From the IMG/VR virus record IMGVR_UViG_3300042389_000724, positions 31,390 to 95,389 of that record: 64,000 bases of DNA, one strand, 5' to 3'. The position numbers and the translations under genes are program-made. The notes below the pieces were generated by a model, which saw only the letters and a program-made list of their open reading frames with translations, searched no databases and had not been told where the DNA came from. This document shows, piece by piece, positions 17,324 to 27,941 of the stretch. The first letter of the stretch is position 1. Every line of letters starts with the position of its first letter. The DNA is from a virus.

Positions 17324-19143
17324 TGTCCACTAACAATAACAACTTTAATATCATAGGACTTGATTTCGATGAAGCCAAGGCTTCTCTCAAGGCTTTCTTG
17401 CAGTCGCAGGATACACTCAAAGACTACAATTTTGACGGATCGGTATTGAGCACTATTCTTGATGTGTTGGCTTACAACACACACTATCAGGCATTTTATG
17501 CCAACATGGTAGCAAACGAAATGTTCTTGGACAGCGCAGTGCTTCGTCCTTCTGTGGTATCTCATGCAAAAACTCTTGGATATGTTCCTTCTTCTCGTAG
17601 AGCATCAAAGGCAGTTCTTACGGTGGATGCGCCTGGAGCAACGGACTCAACATATCTTGCTCGGGGAACTGAATTTGTAGGTACTAATGCTGCTGGAACT
17701 CAATACCGATTTGTTTTGCTTGATACGGTGTATGCAAATTCTACTACGGATAAATTTGAAGAAATTGAAGTGTATGAGGGGACTCTACGCAGGATGAGTT
17801 ATGTTTATGATCCGACAAAAAAGAGCGGATCGGTTCTACTCATACCAAACAACAAGATAGACACCACCACAATTAGAGTTCGAATCAAGAACTCTGCCAC
17901 AGACAGCACTGGAATTGGTGATGCATGGACTTATTCGGATTCATACATCGACCTGACTCCAACATCCAAGGTGTATTTTCTTCAAGAAAAAGAAACGGGT
18001 ATGTACGAACTGTATTTCGGGGACAACTTCCTTGGAATGCAGCCGCAGTCTGGTAGCATTGTTATAGTGGAATACTTGGAAACCAACGCTGACGAGGCAA
18101 ATGCCATCAGCAGATTTAGCACTGCGGTAAATGGTCTGCAAACCATTACTGTTGTGTCTTCTTCTTCTGGTGGAGTTGCCGAAGAAAGTGTTTCCAAGAT
18201 CAAATTTTTAGCCCCGAAGTATTACACAGCACAAAGCCGAGCAGTGACGGAAAACGATTACAAAGTAATGGTTTTGCGTGAGTATCCTAGTGCTAATTCT
18301 GTCTTTGTTTATGGAGGCGAAGATGTTGATCCGCCTCAGTATGGAAAGGTGTTTATTGCAATCAAACCTAGCACTGGTTCTGCGCTTACAAGCCAAGAAA
18401 AGATTTCTCTTGTAAAGCGTCTACGAGAAAATCGTTCTGTTGTTACCGTTACTCCAGAAATAGTAGATCCTGATTACATTGATCTAGTGATTGATTCTAT
18501 CGTGACATTCGATCCGTCTTTGACTAGCATCGGTGCAGGAACACTCAAGAGCATTATCGTGGCGTATTTGTACACATACTCTGCTTCTGTTTTGGAGTCC
18601 TTTGGATCTAATTTCTACTTGTCCAAGATCATTCAGGGCATCAATGGATTGAATGCGGGTATAATCAGCAACCAAACTACTGTGAAAATGAGAAAGACGA
18701 TTAATCTTTCTAGGCTTCTAGTCACAAAGGGGTTCAGCATTGACTTCAAAAATCCGATCAATCGGGTGAGTCACATGGAATCGGATATGCCGACACTTTC
18801 TAGTAGCCTGTTTTCACACAAAGATGTTTTTGGTGTCGTATACAACAATGTTAGTGCAGTGGACAATAGTGACGGAAGAATAGATTTGGTCAGGATTGAT
18901 GAAGAAGGAATGTCTAAACTCGTGTATCAAAACATAGGAAGCGTTGATTACGAAAAGGGAATCGTTCGCTTCAATACTAATTTCTCACCAACCAGCAGCG
19001 ATATTTTCTTGACCGTAACCGTAGAACCCCAAAACGATGATTTGTTTGTTTTCGAGAACAAGATGTTCCGTATCAGCAGAGCATATTCGGATTCGATTTC
19101 TGTTGACCTGACTACACAGAGCAATCGCAAGAAGGCACTATAA
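17323..19143 (+). CDS. gp6: Baseplate wedge gp6
   Basis: LDFD..K..LK.FL, DYNFDGS, LAYNTHY..FYANM..NE.FLDSA..R.SVVSHAK.LGY.P, Q.RAVT..DY, PPQYGKVFI. Confidence 0.97.
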   Translation: MSTNNNNFNIIGLDFDEAKASLKAFLQSQDTLKDYNFDGSVLSTILDVLAYNTHYQAFYANMVANEMFLDSAVLRPSVVSHAKTLGYVPSSRRASKAVLTVDAPGATDSTYLARGTEFVGTNAAGTQYRFVLLDTVYANSTTDKFEEIEVYEGTLRRMSYVYDPTKKSGSVLLIPNNKIDTTTIRVRIKNSATDSTGIGDAWTYSDSYIDLTPTSKVYFLQEKETGMYELYFGDNFLGMQPQSGSIVIVEYLETNADEANAISRFSTAVNGLQTITVVSSSSGGVAEESVSKIKFLAPKYYTAQSRAVTENDYKVMVLREYPSANSVFVYGGEDVDPPQYGKVFIAIKPSTGSALTSQEKISLVKRLRENRSVVTVTPEIVDPDYIDLVIDSIVTFDPSLTSIGAGTLKSIIVAYLYTYSASVLESFGSNFYLSKIIQGINGLNAGIISNQTTVKMRKTINLSRLLVTKGFSIDFKNPINRVSHMESDMPTLSSSLFSHKDVFGVVYNNVSAVDNSDGRIDLVRIDEEGMSKLVYQNIGSVDYEKGIVRFNTNFSPTSSDIFLTVTVEPQNDDLFVFENKMFRISRAYSDSISVDLTTQSNRKKAL

Positions 19144-19145
19144 TC

Positions 19146-22100
19146 ATGAGTGTAAGCAACATCATACTAAACACGAATGAGGAGACACTTGAAAACATAC
19201 TGTCTCCTTTTATAGAACAACAGTTTCCGCAGTTTGTTCGCACAGATCACAGAAAATTGGTTTTGTTTGTCAAGGCTTACTACGAGTGGTTGGAAAAGCA
19301 GGGCAATCCTGGATTTGTTGTTTCTCATCTTGATGAAGTTGCGGACATAGACGGCAACCTCGAACAGTTTTTTGATCATTTCAAACACACATATCTTGAG
19401 GGTTTTCCAGAACTACTTGCTACCACGGTCACGGGTAACAAACCGAACAAGAAAACTCTGCTCAAGAAGATCAGAGATTTTTACGGAAACAAAGGAACCG
19501 AGAGTGCGTATAAATTCTTGTTCAAGTTGCTGTATGACAGTGATTTGGAAATCTACTATCCTAACCGAGACATCCTAAAGGCATCGGATGGTATTTGGGT
19601 TGAGCCTTGTTCGATCAAGACAACTTCTGTGTCTGGTGCTGCTTTGTTCGGTGTTGAAGGTGGAAACATTTTGCAGTACACCGATGGAACTCTCACAGGC
19701 AGCGCATTCATTGAATCTGTAGTTCAATACGAATTCAGCGGATATTCTGTTACCGAATTTTTCATCAAAGATATCAACGGATCATTCGTTTCAAATCAAC
19801 AGGTAGTGCTTCAAAAAAATGCATTAGAGTACAGAGAGAATGCTTATTCGGTTTTGGGTGATTTCTTTGTTGAACTGCCAGGAGAAAATTACTCTATTGG
19901 TGATCGTGTGGTTGTGTATGATGATCGCGGAGTTGGTTTTTTGGCAAAGGTCGATCAGGTTGGATTGTTTGGAAATATCAAAAGACTCGGAATCATTAGT
20001 TCGGGTATCAACTATCCTACCAATATTGTTGTAGACATATTCAACGAACGCGGAGAACGAACCGCAAAAGTTCAAGCACTTGCTACTGCTGTTACAAAGT
20101 ATCCAGGATATTTTTCTGGAAACAGTGGTAAGATATCTTCAAACAAGCGTGTTCAAGACGGTAATTACTATCAGCCGTTTTCTTATGAATTGAGGGGTTC
20201 GGTGTCTTTAGACACCTACTTTGAGACTTTGAAATCCATTATTCACCCAGCAGGCATGAAAATGTTTGGGTCTATCTTGGTCAATGAAGTCCTGAAATCT
20301 TCTGCATATTCGTCTGCACAGGTAACGGTGTCTGAAACACCACTGATCGGTAGATATACCCCGTATACGCTTCGAACATTCAATGATTTGCGAGACAGTT
20401 ACTTTTTGCCTAATCAGGTTACTGGTTCCACCCTACAGGTTTGGTTGAGTGCCTACAACATTGATGGGTTTACTAGCACGGGCGTTACGAATGGCGTGTT
20501 TCAACTTTTTGGCAATAAAAAAGATGCTTACGGAATACGGTATTGGAGAAGCATCAATAATGGAATCACATTTGAGCCAGCAAATGCAACAGGTGTTTTC
20601 AATCAAGCAGAATCGGCACCGAGTTCCACTATTTGGCTTACTCCAAGACTGAAGGAGAATGCTGTTTCTACTCACAGCACGGTTGACATAAGACCATCCG
20701 ATTCCACATCTGAAATTTCTACTGGCAGCGGAAATGCTCGCTCTCTTGGTTTTGCTGCTTCTTCTGAGAGACTTTCCACACTAGGACTAACAATGTCTCG
20801 TTCATACTTCGTGGTCTTTAAGCCTAGAAGTGTTGGAGTGATTGGAAATCTGGGACTAGCCAGTTCAGAAACTCAGCAATGGCTATTGGGCGACGCTGGA
20901 GCATATCACGGAATTCTGCTTGGACGGACAGGTCCTTCCACAGATACTGCTCTGAAAGCCATAGCGTTTCAGTGGAACAGTGGTTCAAATAGACCATCGG
21001 TTACAGTACCAATCGGAAAAACTGGTGAATGGAAGTTGCTTGTAAACACATATGACCGAAACCCCGTAAGCGGAAACGGTCCTCTGTCGCTCTTTTTTAA
21101 TGGAGTGTGTGCTGGAACCGTAGCAAACGCAGTTCCTATTGCGGCGGCTGTACAGAATGCGGGTGCCACATTTGGAGTTGGTTGTGTAAACAATTCTATC
21201 ACCAGACAATTCGATGGAGAAATAGCAGAAGTTCTACTGTATCAGGGTGATGTTGGTCAACTGAACCGACAAAAAATAGAAGGATATCTTGCCCACAAAT
21301 ATGGTATATCCTCTGTTCTTCCGTCTACTCACCCGTACAAGTCTGCACCGCCAGGTGGATCGTTTGCTTCTGGTAAATGGTATGGAACCACTGGAGATTA
21401 CTATCCAAACGGATACAATCCATACATTGGTTCGACTTCCGATGTCGGTGTCGATGGACTCACAGCACCACCTGGTTCTGTATTCATCCGCAAATATGCA
21501 GGATACACATATACGGTTGCTCCTGAACTTGGAGTCACAAGCCACTCTCCTCTTGGCTCTCCGCTTGGCGGAATCACTTCTTGGCGTAGAAGGAAAGAAG
21601 TGAACAACGACATTTCGCAGATGAGTGGATTGGTGTTGTGGTTGAAGCCAGAAAACATTGGAGTGTGTGGATCTTTTGTCAACGGAGCAAGCATGGATGT
21701 GTGGAGAGATGCCTCTCCCTCTTCTAATGATGCAGTTCCACCAACATGGAATCGTTGGAATGGTATTGCTCACATAACAAAAACATCGGATGCAGCAAGC
21801 GATTGGGCGATGCAATCATATGCGGGCAACGCTCCCATCACTAAACTGTCGTTTTTGCTTAATGGATTGTGTGGAGGATACACTAAAGGTAGACTCTTGA
21901 TGGCTGGTTTGAATCAGAGTGGGGACATTGCCAATGCAAGTTATGCTGGAATTGATTATGCGTGGTATTCTGTTGGACCATATAGTACTGCTTTAACCCA
22001 GCAGCGAACTATGAGAATTTATGAGTCTGGAACCAACATTGGCATAATCATGAATGCTGGAAATGATATTTCTGCATACGATGATGTTGTTTTTGATGTT

Positions 22101-25001
22101 GAGTATGAAGAGCCTTATATCGTGTATAGAGCCGATGGTGTTGAAAAGCGCAAAGTGTTTTCTGGTTACGGCAAGCAGTTTTATTTTGATTCTTCTTTCA
22201 ATGCGACAACATCAACGGGTATTGAAAAGGGACACTCTATCACGATCAAGGAGATGAGTTATCGCGGTATACCCGTTGTGCCTGCATTCACCAACACTAC
22301 AGGAATAGAGACAAGAAATTACGCTGGTAGCACACTGGATCATCTCCGTCCAGTGATACAGTTTGCTTCTGCTGCTGGTGCAACTGGAATCAGTTTCAAC
22401 GGAGGGGTGATTTATTCTCCGAACAGTGTTTGGGGAGGTCAGACTCTTCTGGCAGATTCTATTGATTTCGGAAAAACCTTCGGCACAGGAACCACCGCAA
22501 GTAAAATACTGACGGGTCAGCACTTCTATCTCAGAACACCCCTAAAACTTTCTGAAGACGCTGATGTGTTCATGGTTTTCCGTAACACGGGAGAAACATG
22601 GGACAAGGGAGTTGGATTTGTTTGCTCTGAAGATGATTTGAGAAATCCTATCAACGACTCTGTGATTTTCCACAGATCATACAATTCAATTGATTCGGAT
22701 CTTTCAAAGCAAGCACTAGGAACCGTTTCGTCGTATTACAAGGTGACACCTGGCGGGACGATATTGTATCCGAGCAACACCCCAACTGGTCTTGTTGGAT
22801 TCCGCCCCGCTGGTGGAAGAACCGACTTGCAGTTGAACACCGTTGCATACGATCCTCATGTTTCTGGCGCTTGTTTGGGAACAGTGGTTGGGGAGTGGAG
22901 AAGAGGAGCGGACAACAAAATCGAGTCTTTCTTGAACGGAGATTTGTCAACCAACGAATCCAAGATTACTGGAAGGAAGATAGCCTCTACCAATTTCCTT
23001 GGTGGAGATGGATATGTTATTCGTAATGGTCTTCTTACCGAACTGGATGGAGTCACTTCGAATACTAGAAATCTTATTGCTGACTACGAAAACAATCTGC
23101 TTGCCCCGTATATTTCTGCGTGGCAACCAACTCCTGTGAACTGGTTGAATGAAACTCTTACTTGGACGGGAGATGGAACAGGAACATTTACGGCTGTTGA
23201 TGTCACTGATCAGTATGATCGTTACGGTTTGATTCCCGCTACCCGTTACGGAATGAATCAAACTTATGAGATTCGTCCCAAATCATCCAACAACGCTTAT
23301 TTGCAGTCGAACAACGACTGGATTGCTGGTTTCAATGCAAATGTGTGGACTTTCAATGTTTGGGTGAAGAGAATAGATGAAGTGGATCTTCCTGGTTCTA
23401 TGGGTGTGTATGTCTACTCTCATGGAGTTGTTAGTGGCGCAGCAGTCACTCCTGTAAAAGAACAAAACGGTTGGCACAGACTGTCTCTGACAAGAACTGG
23501 TGGAGCGTATTCAGCGACAAATACGAATTGGGCTACTTCTGCGTCTCTTGTTGGAGTCTCTGGTCTACCAGCAGGAATAACTCTTCTTTTTAGCAACCCA
23601 CAGTTGCTAAGTACAGGAACTGTTGCGGGTCAGTACTATTCTTCTAGTCTTGCTTCTAATGGCAGCAGCACTCCTGCAATATTCTCTAGTTTGCACAGTC
23701 ACCTCAATCTACCCACTGGATGGTCTGCATCTGGACCAATAGGAAATCATGAGATAGTGCATGGCTCTGACACAGAAGGATCAAACTTCAATCTCATATG
23801 GAGACTAAAGAATAGAGTGGGTGCAACAGCAGAACGAGGAGTTACAACTGGATTCCATAGTCCTCTTGTTTCTGTTGACAGAACAAAGACCTATAGAATT
23901 TCTACATGGGTTCGAAGAGTAAACACCACTTCGGATAGTGGAACCGTGCTTTTTGGAATCACTTTTGCTGGATTGAGTCCCATCACGACAAAGAGTGGTT
24001 CTGGTTTCTCTTTCGGAAACCAATACGAACCATATGCAATTGCATCCACATCTCACGAAACTGTTGGTGGTGGGGATTGGAACTTGTATGTTGCTCATAT
24101 TCATCCACACGGAAGTGCTATAGGTGAAAATCACTACGATACTGGACGATACCTATTTGATGTTGCATCAGCCAAAGGTATAAGTGCATCTCCTGAACCC
24201 GAAATTCTTGAGGATCTTGTTTGGGGAAGCGACACTTCTTCTGTTGGTGTTTCTTGTCTTGTTAGCGGAGCAGGCAACAAGAATTTGGAATTGTATTTCA
24301 CCCAACCAAGAATAGAACTGGTGGACGGAGCCGAGATATTTGTGAACGAATTGGTGAGTGCAAAAAACAGAAATTGGGAGGGGACTGGACTTGTTGGTGA
24401 TGATCCATATCTTTACAATGGAACCTATCCGTCTTCACAATTCGATGGTGTTTTGCAGTTTGATGGCAAGAACACAAAGGTACTGACTACCGATTTGCAA
24501 CAACTCACTGCAAACAGTTCATTCGAGTGTTGGGTTCGTTGTGATGAAATAGTGAATTACTACAATATGTTTGCGGGTTATTATGTTCCGTACATTGCAC
24601 TTTCATCCCCATCCGCTGGTAAGATCAGACCGAATGTGTGGAATAATTTTGGGGGTGTAGGCAAGAGTATCAGTACTCCATTGTTGTATGACATAAATCA
24701 GTGGCTTCACTTCGTGTATATCCAAGACTACGATGGATCAGCCAACACAAAGGCAAAAATATACATCAATGGATCAAAGACTATTGAAACTATATTTGCA
24801 GGCGCACCAAGATCAGTCAAAGACAATCCACTGACAATTGGTGATGGAGGATCAGCACGGGACTTCTTTGCCACAGGATTCCGTACATCGTGGTATCCGT
24901 TCAAAGGAAAAGTGTCTAATGTTCGTGTATACAATCGTGTATTGGCTGATGAAGAAGTCTTGCAAAACTTCAATTCTCTGAGAAACCGTTTCGGTGTGTA
25001 A
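19146..25001 (+). CDS. gp7: Baseplate wedge initiator gp7-like protein with multiple LamG/CBM-like insertions
   Basis: N-terminal IEQQFP.FV, F.KAYYEWLE, FY..KGT..AYKFLF, QD..YYQ.FSY, HPAG.K.FG, followed by concanavalin/LamG-like modules. Confidence 0.85.
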   Translation: MSVSNIILNTNEETLENILSPFIEQQFPQFVRTDHRKLVLFVKAYYEWLEKQGNPGFVVSHLDEVADIDGNLEQFFDHFKHTYLEGFPELLATTVTGNKPNKKTLLKKIRDFYGNKGTESAYKFLFKLLYDSDLEIYYPNRDILKASDGIWVEPCSIKTTSVSGAALFGVEGGNILQYTDGTLTGSAFIESVVQYEFSGYSVTEFFIKDINGSFVSNQQVVLQKNALEYRENAYSVLGDFFVELPGENYSIGDRVVVYDDRGVGFLAKVDQVGLFGNIKRLGIISSGINYPTNIVVDIFNERGERTAKVQALATAVTKYPGYFSGNSGKISSNKRVQDGNYYQPFSYELRGSVSLDTYFETLKSIIHPAGMKMFGSILVNEVLKSSAYSSAQVTVSETPLIGRYTPYTLRTFNDLRDSYFLPNQVTGSTLQVWLSAYNIDGFTSTGVTNGVFQLFGNKKDAYGIRYWRSINNGITFEPANATGVFNQAESAPSSTIWLTPRLKENAVSTHSTVDIRPSDSTSEISTGSGNARSLGFAASSERLSTLGLTMSRSYFVVFKPRSVGVIGNLGLASSETQQWLLGDAGAYHGILLGRTGPSTDTALKAIAFQWNSGSNRPSVTVPIGKTGEWKLLVNTYDRNPVSGNGPLSLFFNGVCAGTVANAVPIAAAVQNAGATFGVGCVNNSITRQFDGEIAEVLLYQGDVGQLNRQKIEGYLAHKYGISSVLPSTHPYKSAPPGGSFASGKWYGTTGDYYPNGYNPYIGSTSDVGVDGLTAPPGSVFIRKYAGYTYTVAPELGVTSHSPLGSPLGGITSWRRRKEVNNDISQMSGLVLWLKPENIGVCGSFVNGASMDVWRDASPSSNDAVPPTWNRWNGIAHITKTSDAASDWAMQSYAGNAPITKLSFLLNGLCGGYTKGRLLMAGLNQSGDIANASYAGIDYAWYSVGPYSTALTQQRTMRIYESGTNIGIIMNAGNDISAYDDVVFDVEYEEPYIVYRADGVEKRKVFSGYGKQFYFDSSFNATTSTGIEKGHSITIKEMSYRGIPVVPAFTNTTGIETRNYAGSTLDHLRPVIQFASAAGATGISFNGGVIYSPNSVWGGQTLLADSIDFGKTFGTGTTASKILTGQHFYLRTPLKLSEDADVFMVFRNTGETWDKGVGFVCSEDDLRNPINDSVIFHRSYNSIDSDLSKQALGTVSSYYKVTPGGTILYPSNTPTGLVGFRPAGGRTDLQLNTVAYDPHVSGACLGTVVGEWRRGADNKIESFLNGDLSTNESKITGRKIASTNFLGGDGYVIRNGLLTELDGVTSNTRNLIADYENNLLAPYISAWQPTPVNWLNETLTWTGDGTGTFTAVDVTDQYDRYGLIPATRYGMNQTYEIRPKSSNNAYLQSNNDWIAGFNANVWTFNVWVKRIDEVDLPGSMGVYVYSHGVVSGAAVTPVKEQNGWHRLSLTRTGGAYSATNTNWATSASLVGVSGLPAGITLLFSNPQLLSTGTVAGQYYSSSLASNGSSTPAIFSSLHSHLNLPTGWSASGPIGNHEIVHGSDTEGSNFNLIWRLKNRVGATAERGVTTGFHSPLVSVDRTKTYRISTWVRRVNTTSDSGTVLFGITFAGLSPITTKSGSGFSFGNQYEPYAIASTSHETVGGGDWNLYVAHIHPHGSAIGENHYDTGRYLFDVASAKGISASPEPEILEDLVWGSDTSSVGVSCLVSGAGNKNLELYFTQPRIELVDGAEIFVNELVSAKNRNWEGTGLVGDDPYLYNGTYPSSQFDGVLQFDGKNTKVLTTDLQQLTANSSFECWVRCDEIVNYYNMFAGYYVPYIALSSPSAGKIRPNVWNNFGGVGKSISTPLLYDINQWLHFVYIQDYDGSANTKAKIYINGSKTIETIFAGAPRSVKDNPLTIGDGGSARDFFATGFRTSWYPFKGKVSNVRVYNRVLADEEVLQNFNSLRNRFGV

Positions 25002-25016
25002 ACGAAAGGCGCAACC

Positions 25017-25556
25017 ATGCCAAGCGAAATAGTAGATCCCGATGACGAGTCACAGTTTCCCGCCGCTCCCGAGCAGTACAATTCTGCTCCTATTACTATT
25101 AGTAGGTTTGGTGCATATGTGCGTTCAACTGCTGAAAGCACATCATCTAGCCCTGTGTCTTCTTGGGTAAATGACCTCACAAACAACGCAACGAATCCTT
25201 CATTTTCTTTTTCGGGTGTTTTGAGTGAGGTAATAGTCTTCAATCGCAAACTGAATGAAACAGAAAGACAACAGGTATATGCCTATCTGTCGCAGAAATA
25301 CAATTTGAACGAAAGACTGCCAAAATCTTTTGATCAATCTAGGAATTCTGCATATCAGGCTGGTCTTACATTCTGGGATGTAGAGAATCACCCAAACAAA
25401 AAGAACTTGGACGAGTTGCCGTTTGTGTGTGAGTTTTCTGGTCTTACTTTGCAGTCGTTTTTCTCTATTCCTGATCTTGTGTATAAGTCTGTCGGAACTC
25501 GTCTGGCGGACGGAACTACTCTTTCGGGCGATACATATACAAACATAGGACTGTAA
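25017..25556 (+). CDS. In-frame continuation of gp7 (carries the C-terminal part of a LamG-like domain)
   Basis: FSGVLSEVIVFNRKLNETERQQVYAYLSQKYNL mirrors FDGEIAEVLLYQGDVGQLNRQKIEGYLAHKYGI in the upstream ORF; same frame, 15 nt after TAA. Confidence 0.8.
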   Translation: MPSEIVDPDDESQFPAAPEQYNSAPITISRFGAYVRSTAESTSSSPVSSWVNDLTNNATNPSFSFSGVLSEVIVFNRKLNETERQQVYAYLSQKYNLNERLPKSFDQSRNSAYQAGLTFWDVENHPNKKNLDELPFVCEFSGLTLQSFFSIPDLVYKSVGTRLADGTTLSGDTYTNIGL

Positions 25557-25565
25557 GGAGAAGAC

Positions 25566-27932
25566 ATGGCATTCGTAAAAGCATCACTGAAAAGATCATA
25601 CGCTGAGAGTTTCCTAGCCGAATTGGAGAGGAACGAAAATCAGTACTTCTTTTTTGTCGCCAAAGGCACTACATGGGAAAATGAAAACACTCCCAGTGAG
25701 TACATTGACACGATTTTGTCAGAAAATCAAGTCATGGGAGAGATCATCGGATACAAAAAGATCATCCCGCAGGATGTTGTGTTCGCTGTTCCGAGATACG
25801 AATGGATCAGTGGTGTTTCTTATGACCGATATGATGATTCTGTGGAACTGTTTTCCGAAGATGATCCAAAGCAATTCTATGTGGTCACATCTACAAATAC
25901 TGTGTACAAGTGTTTGGATAACAATGGTGGAGCAGTTTCTACCGTAGAGCCTACGATAACTTCTCCCACTCCTTTCACTACATCTGATGGTTATCGTTGG
26001 AAGTATTTAACCACACTTCAAGAATCTGACATTCCATACGAACTCACAGACTATATGCCTATCGACAAGGCTGTTAGTGCTGTTGATGTAAACACGGTCA
26101 ACCAGTTCAATACACAGATACAAGCCATTCCTGGTGAACTTGTTCGGGTTGATATTAGTAACGCTAGTGGTGCCTCTGCTGGTGTGTACCAAAATAGTGT
26201 GTTTAGAACCAATGAAAACATCGCCAACGCTTACATTCAAGTTGCTGCTTTCACCAAGATAGATGCTGAAACAAGCACTGTAAAGATAACAGATTCTGTG
26301 TCAATTGGTCGTATCAGACAGGCAAGCGTTTCTGGTTTTAGTGTGTCGAATTATGTTGGACACGCCATTCGTGTCGAAGCAAGTACGGTGAACTCTTCAC
26401 AGGTTGGAAATTACGGAATAATAAGCGCAGTTCAAGAGACAGCAAACGATATTACATTCACGGTGAAGAATGATGTGGTGAATTTCATAGTCAGTCCTTC
26501 CACGGGAACTGGATGGGCATCTGTGGAAATTCTTCCGTTCATCAATATTGTTGGTGACGGTGAAGGTGCTTATGTAAAGCCAGTAATGAATACTTCAAAG
26601 AATATCACTGGCGTGGTGGTAGTTAGTGGTGGAAAAAACTACAACAAAGTTTCTTGCGTTCTCAACAGCAATAAAAATGCTGTTACAGTGCATCCAACTT
26701 TAAGACCTGTTCTGTCTCCTAAAGAGGGTCATGGAAGCAATATTTTGAGTGAACTAAATGCTCAGGATGTGATACTCATCATTAATATTGGAGAAGAACA
26801 AGCAAACAAGATTATTGGGGGCGGATCTTACAGACAGTACGGAATCATAAAGAATCCTGTTTTGAGTAGTGGATTGAACAGAGTCGCTGGTACAGAAGAT
26901 CCTCTGTATAGAGATCTGACAGTGATATGTCCGACGCAGTATTTCTCTCCTAATCATTTTTCTGGTGATCTCTACAATTTTATCACTGGTATCGAAAGTG
27001 GTGCTTCCGCCAAGGTTGTCGAACTTCGTGCATATTCTTCTCCCAATCCATCAGAGACATGGGCTACCATAAAAACAGTGAAGTCTAGTCCAGAGTTTCT
27101 GACTCAGCGAGCAAACAGGGACATTTACTATTTGAGTCTTGATCGCAGCCCTGTCCCCTCTTTTATTCTTGGTGAAACAGTTCGGCAGTCTGTTCCCGCA
27201 GGGACTGCAATATTTCAAAGCGTTTCATATGGATTTGATGTGTTGAGTAGAGGAACCGTGTTGTCGGTTTCTGGAGCAACTCTTGAGATTCGTCTGACTA
27301 GTAACAGCGGATTTGTGGCTAATGTGCCTGGCGCGACTCTTGAGGCTGTTATTTCTGGTGTAACGGCTGCTATTACAGCAGTTTCTCCAAAGAATGGAGA
27401 GCGACTACTCATCTCTTCGGCTATCGGGGATTCTGCTCAATTTATTGAAGATGCAAGCGGTAATCAGACAGGATATTCGGTTTATGAAATTGGCTCTCCT
27501 TACAGCAACCAAAATGAAATCCCTTCATACAGCGGACTGTATGTCTTGAATCTTGTAACCAGTGCGAACGCTGCTACTGGTGGATTGGACTTGACATCAT
27601 CGCAGATGACTTTGAATTCATTTAGCAATGGAGACAAAATCGTTCAAGGCACTACAAGCGGCTATACCGATTACGCAACTGGTGATGTTTATTACTGGGA
27701 TTTTGTGAATCCTGCTTATGGCAGACTATATGTTTCCAATGTTCTTGGTGTATTCAGGAGCGTTCAAACACACGGACTGACTGGTACTACTTTGGGGGCA
27801 TTTGTGGTTGCCTCTGTTGACAAGCCAGAGATTAAACCTAATTCGGGTGAAATCTTATACATAGACAATGTACGACCCATTCAAAGAATTTTTGGTCAAG
27901 AAGAAGAATTCCGAGTCCGTCTTGGCTTCTAA
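25566..27932 (+). CDS. gp8: Baseplate wedge gp8 (expanded)
   Basis: KKI...DV...VPRY.W..G..YD.YDD, FYVVT....VYKCL.N, T.DGYRWKYL, RQYGIIKNP, SGEILYIDN.RPI.R...Q.E; AAGGAG SD. Confidence 0.9.
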   Translation: MAFVKASLKRSYAESFLAELERNENQYFFFVAKGTTWENENTPSEYIDTILSENQVMGEIIGYKKIIPQDVVFAVPRYEWISGVSYDRYDDSVELFSEDDPKQFYVVTSTNTVYKCLDNNGGAVSTVEPTITSPTPFTTSDGYRWKYLTTLQESDIPYELTDYMPIDKAVSAVDVNTVNQFNTQIQAIPGELVRVDISNASGASAGVYQNSVFRTNENIANAYIQVAAFTKIDAETSTVKITDSVSIGRIRQASVSGFSVSNYVGHAIRVEASTVNSSQVGNYGIISAVQETANDITFTVKNDVVNFIVSPSTGTGWASVEILPFINIVGDGEGAYVKPVMNTSKNITGVVVVSGGKNYNKVSCVLNSNKNAVTVHPTLRPVLSPKEGHGSNILSELNAQDVILIINIGEEQANKIIGGGSYRQYGIIKNPVLSSGLNRVAGTEDPLYRDLTVICPTQYFSPNHFSGDLYNFITGIESGASAKVVELRAYSSPNPSETWATIKTVKSSPEFLTQRANRDIYYLSLDRSPVPSFILGETVRQSVPAGTAIFQSVSYGFDVLSRGTVLSVSGATLEIRLTSNSGFVANVPGATLEAVISGVTAAITAVSPKNGERLLISSAIGDSAQFIEDASGNQTGYSVYEIGSPYSNQNEIPSYSGLYVLNLVTSANAATGGLDLTSSQMTLNSFSNGDKIVQGTTSGYTDYATGDVYYWDFVNPAYGRLYVSNVLGVFRSVQTHGLTGTTLGAFVVASVDKPEIKPNSGEILYIDNVRPIQRIFGQEEEFRVRLGF

Positions 27933-27941
27933 GAGGAACAC

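Noticed and set aside
22990-25016. Self-splicing intron explaining the gp7 split
   Set aside because: The insert is fully protein-coding lectin-like sequence with no visible group I/II intron hallmarks.
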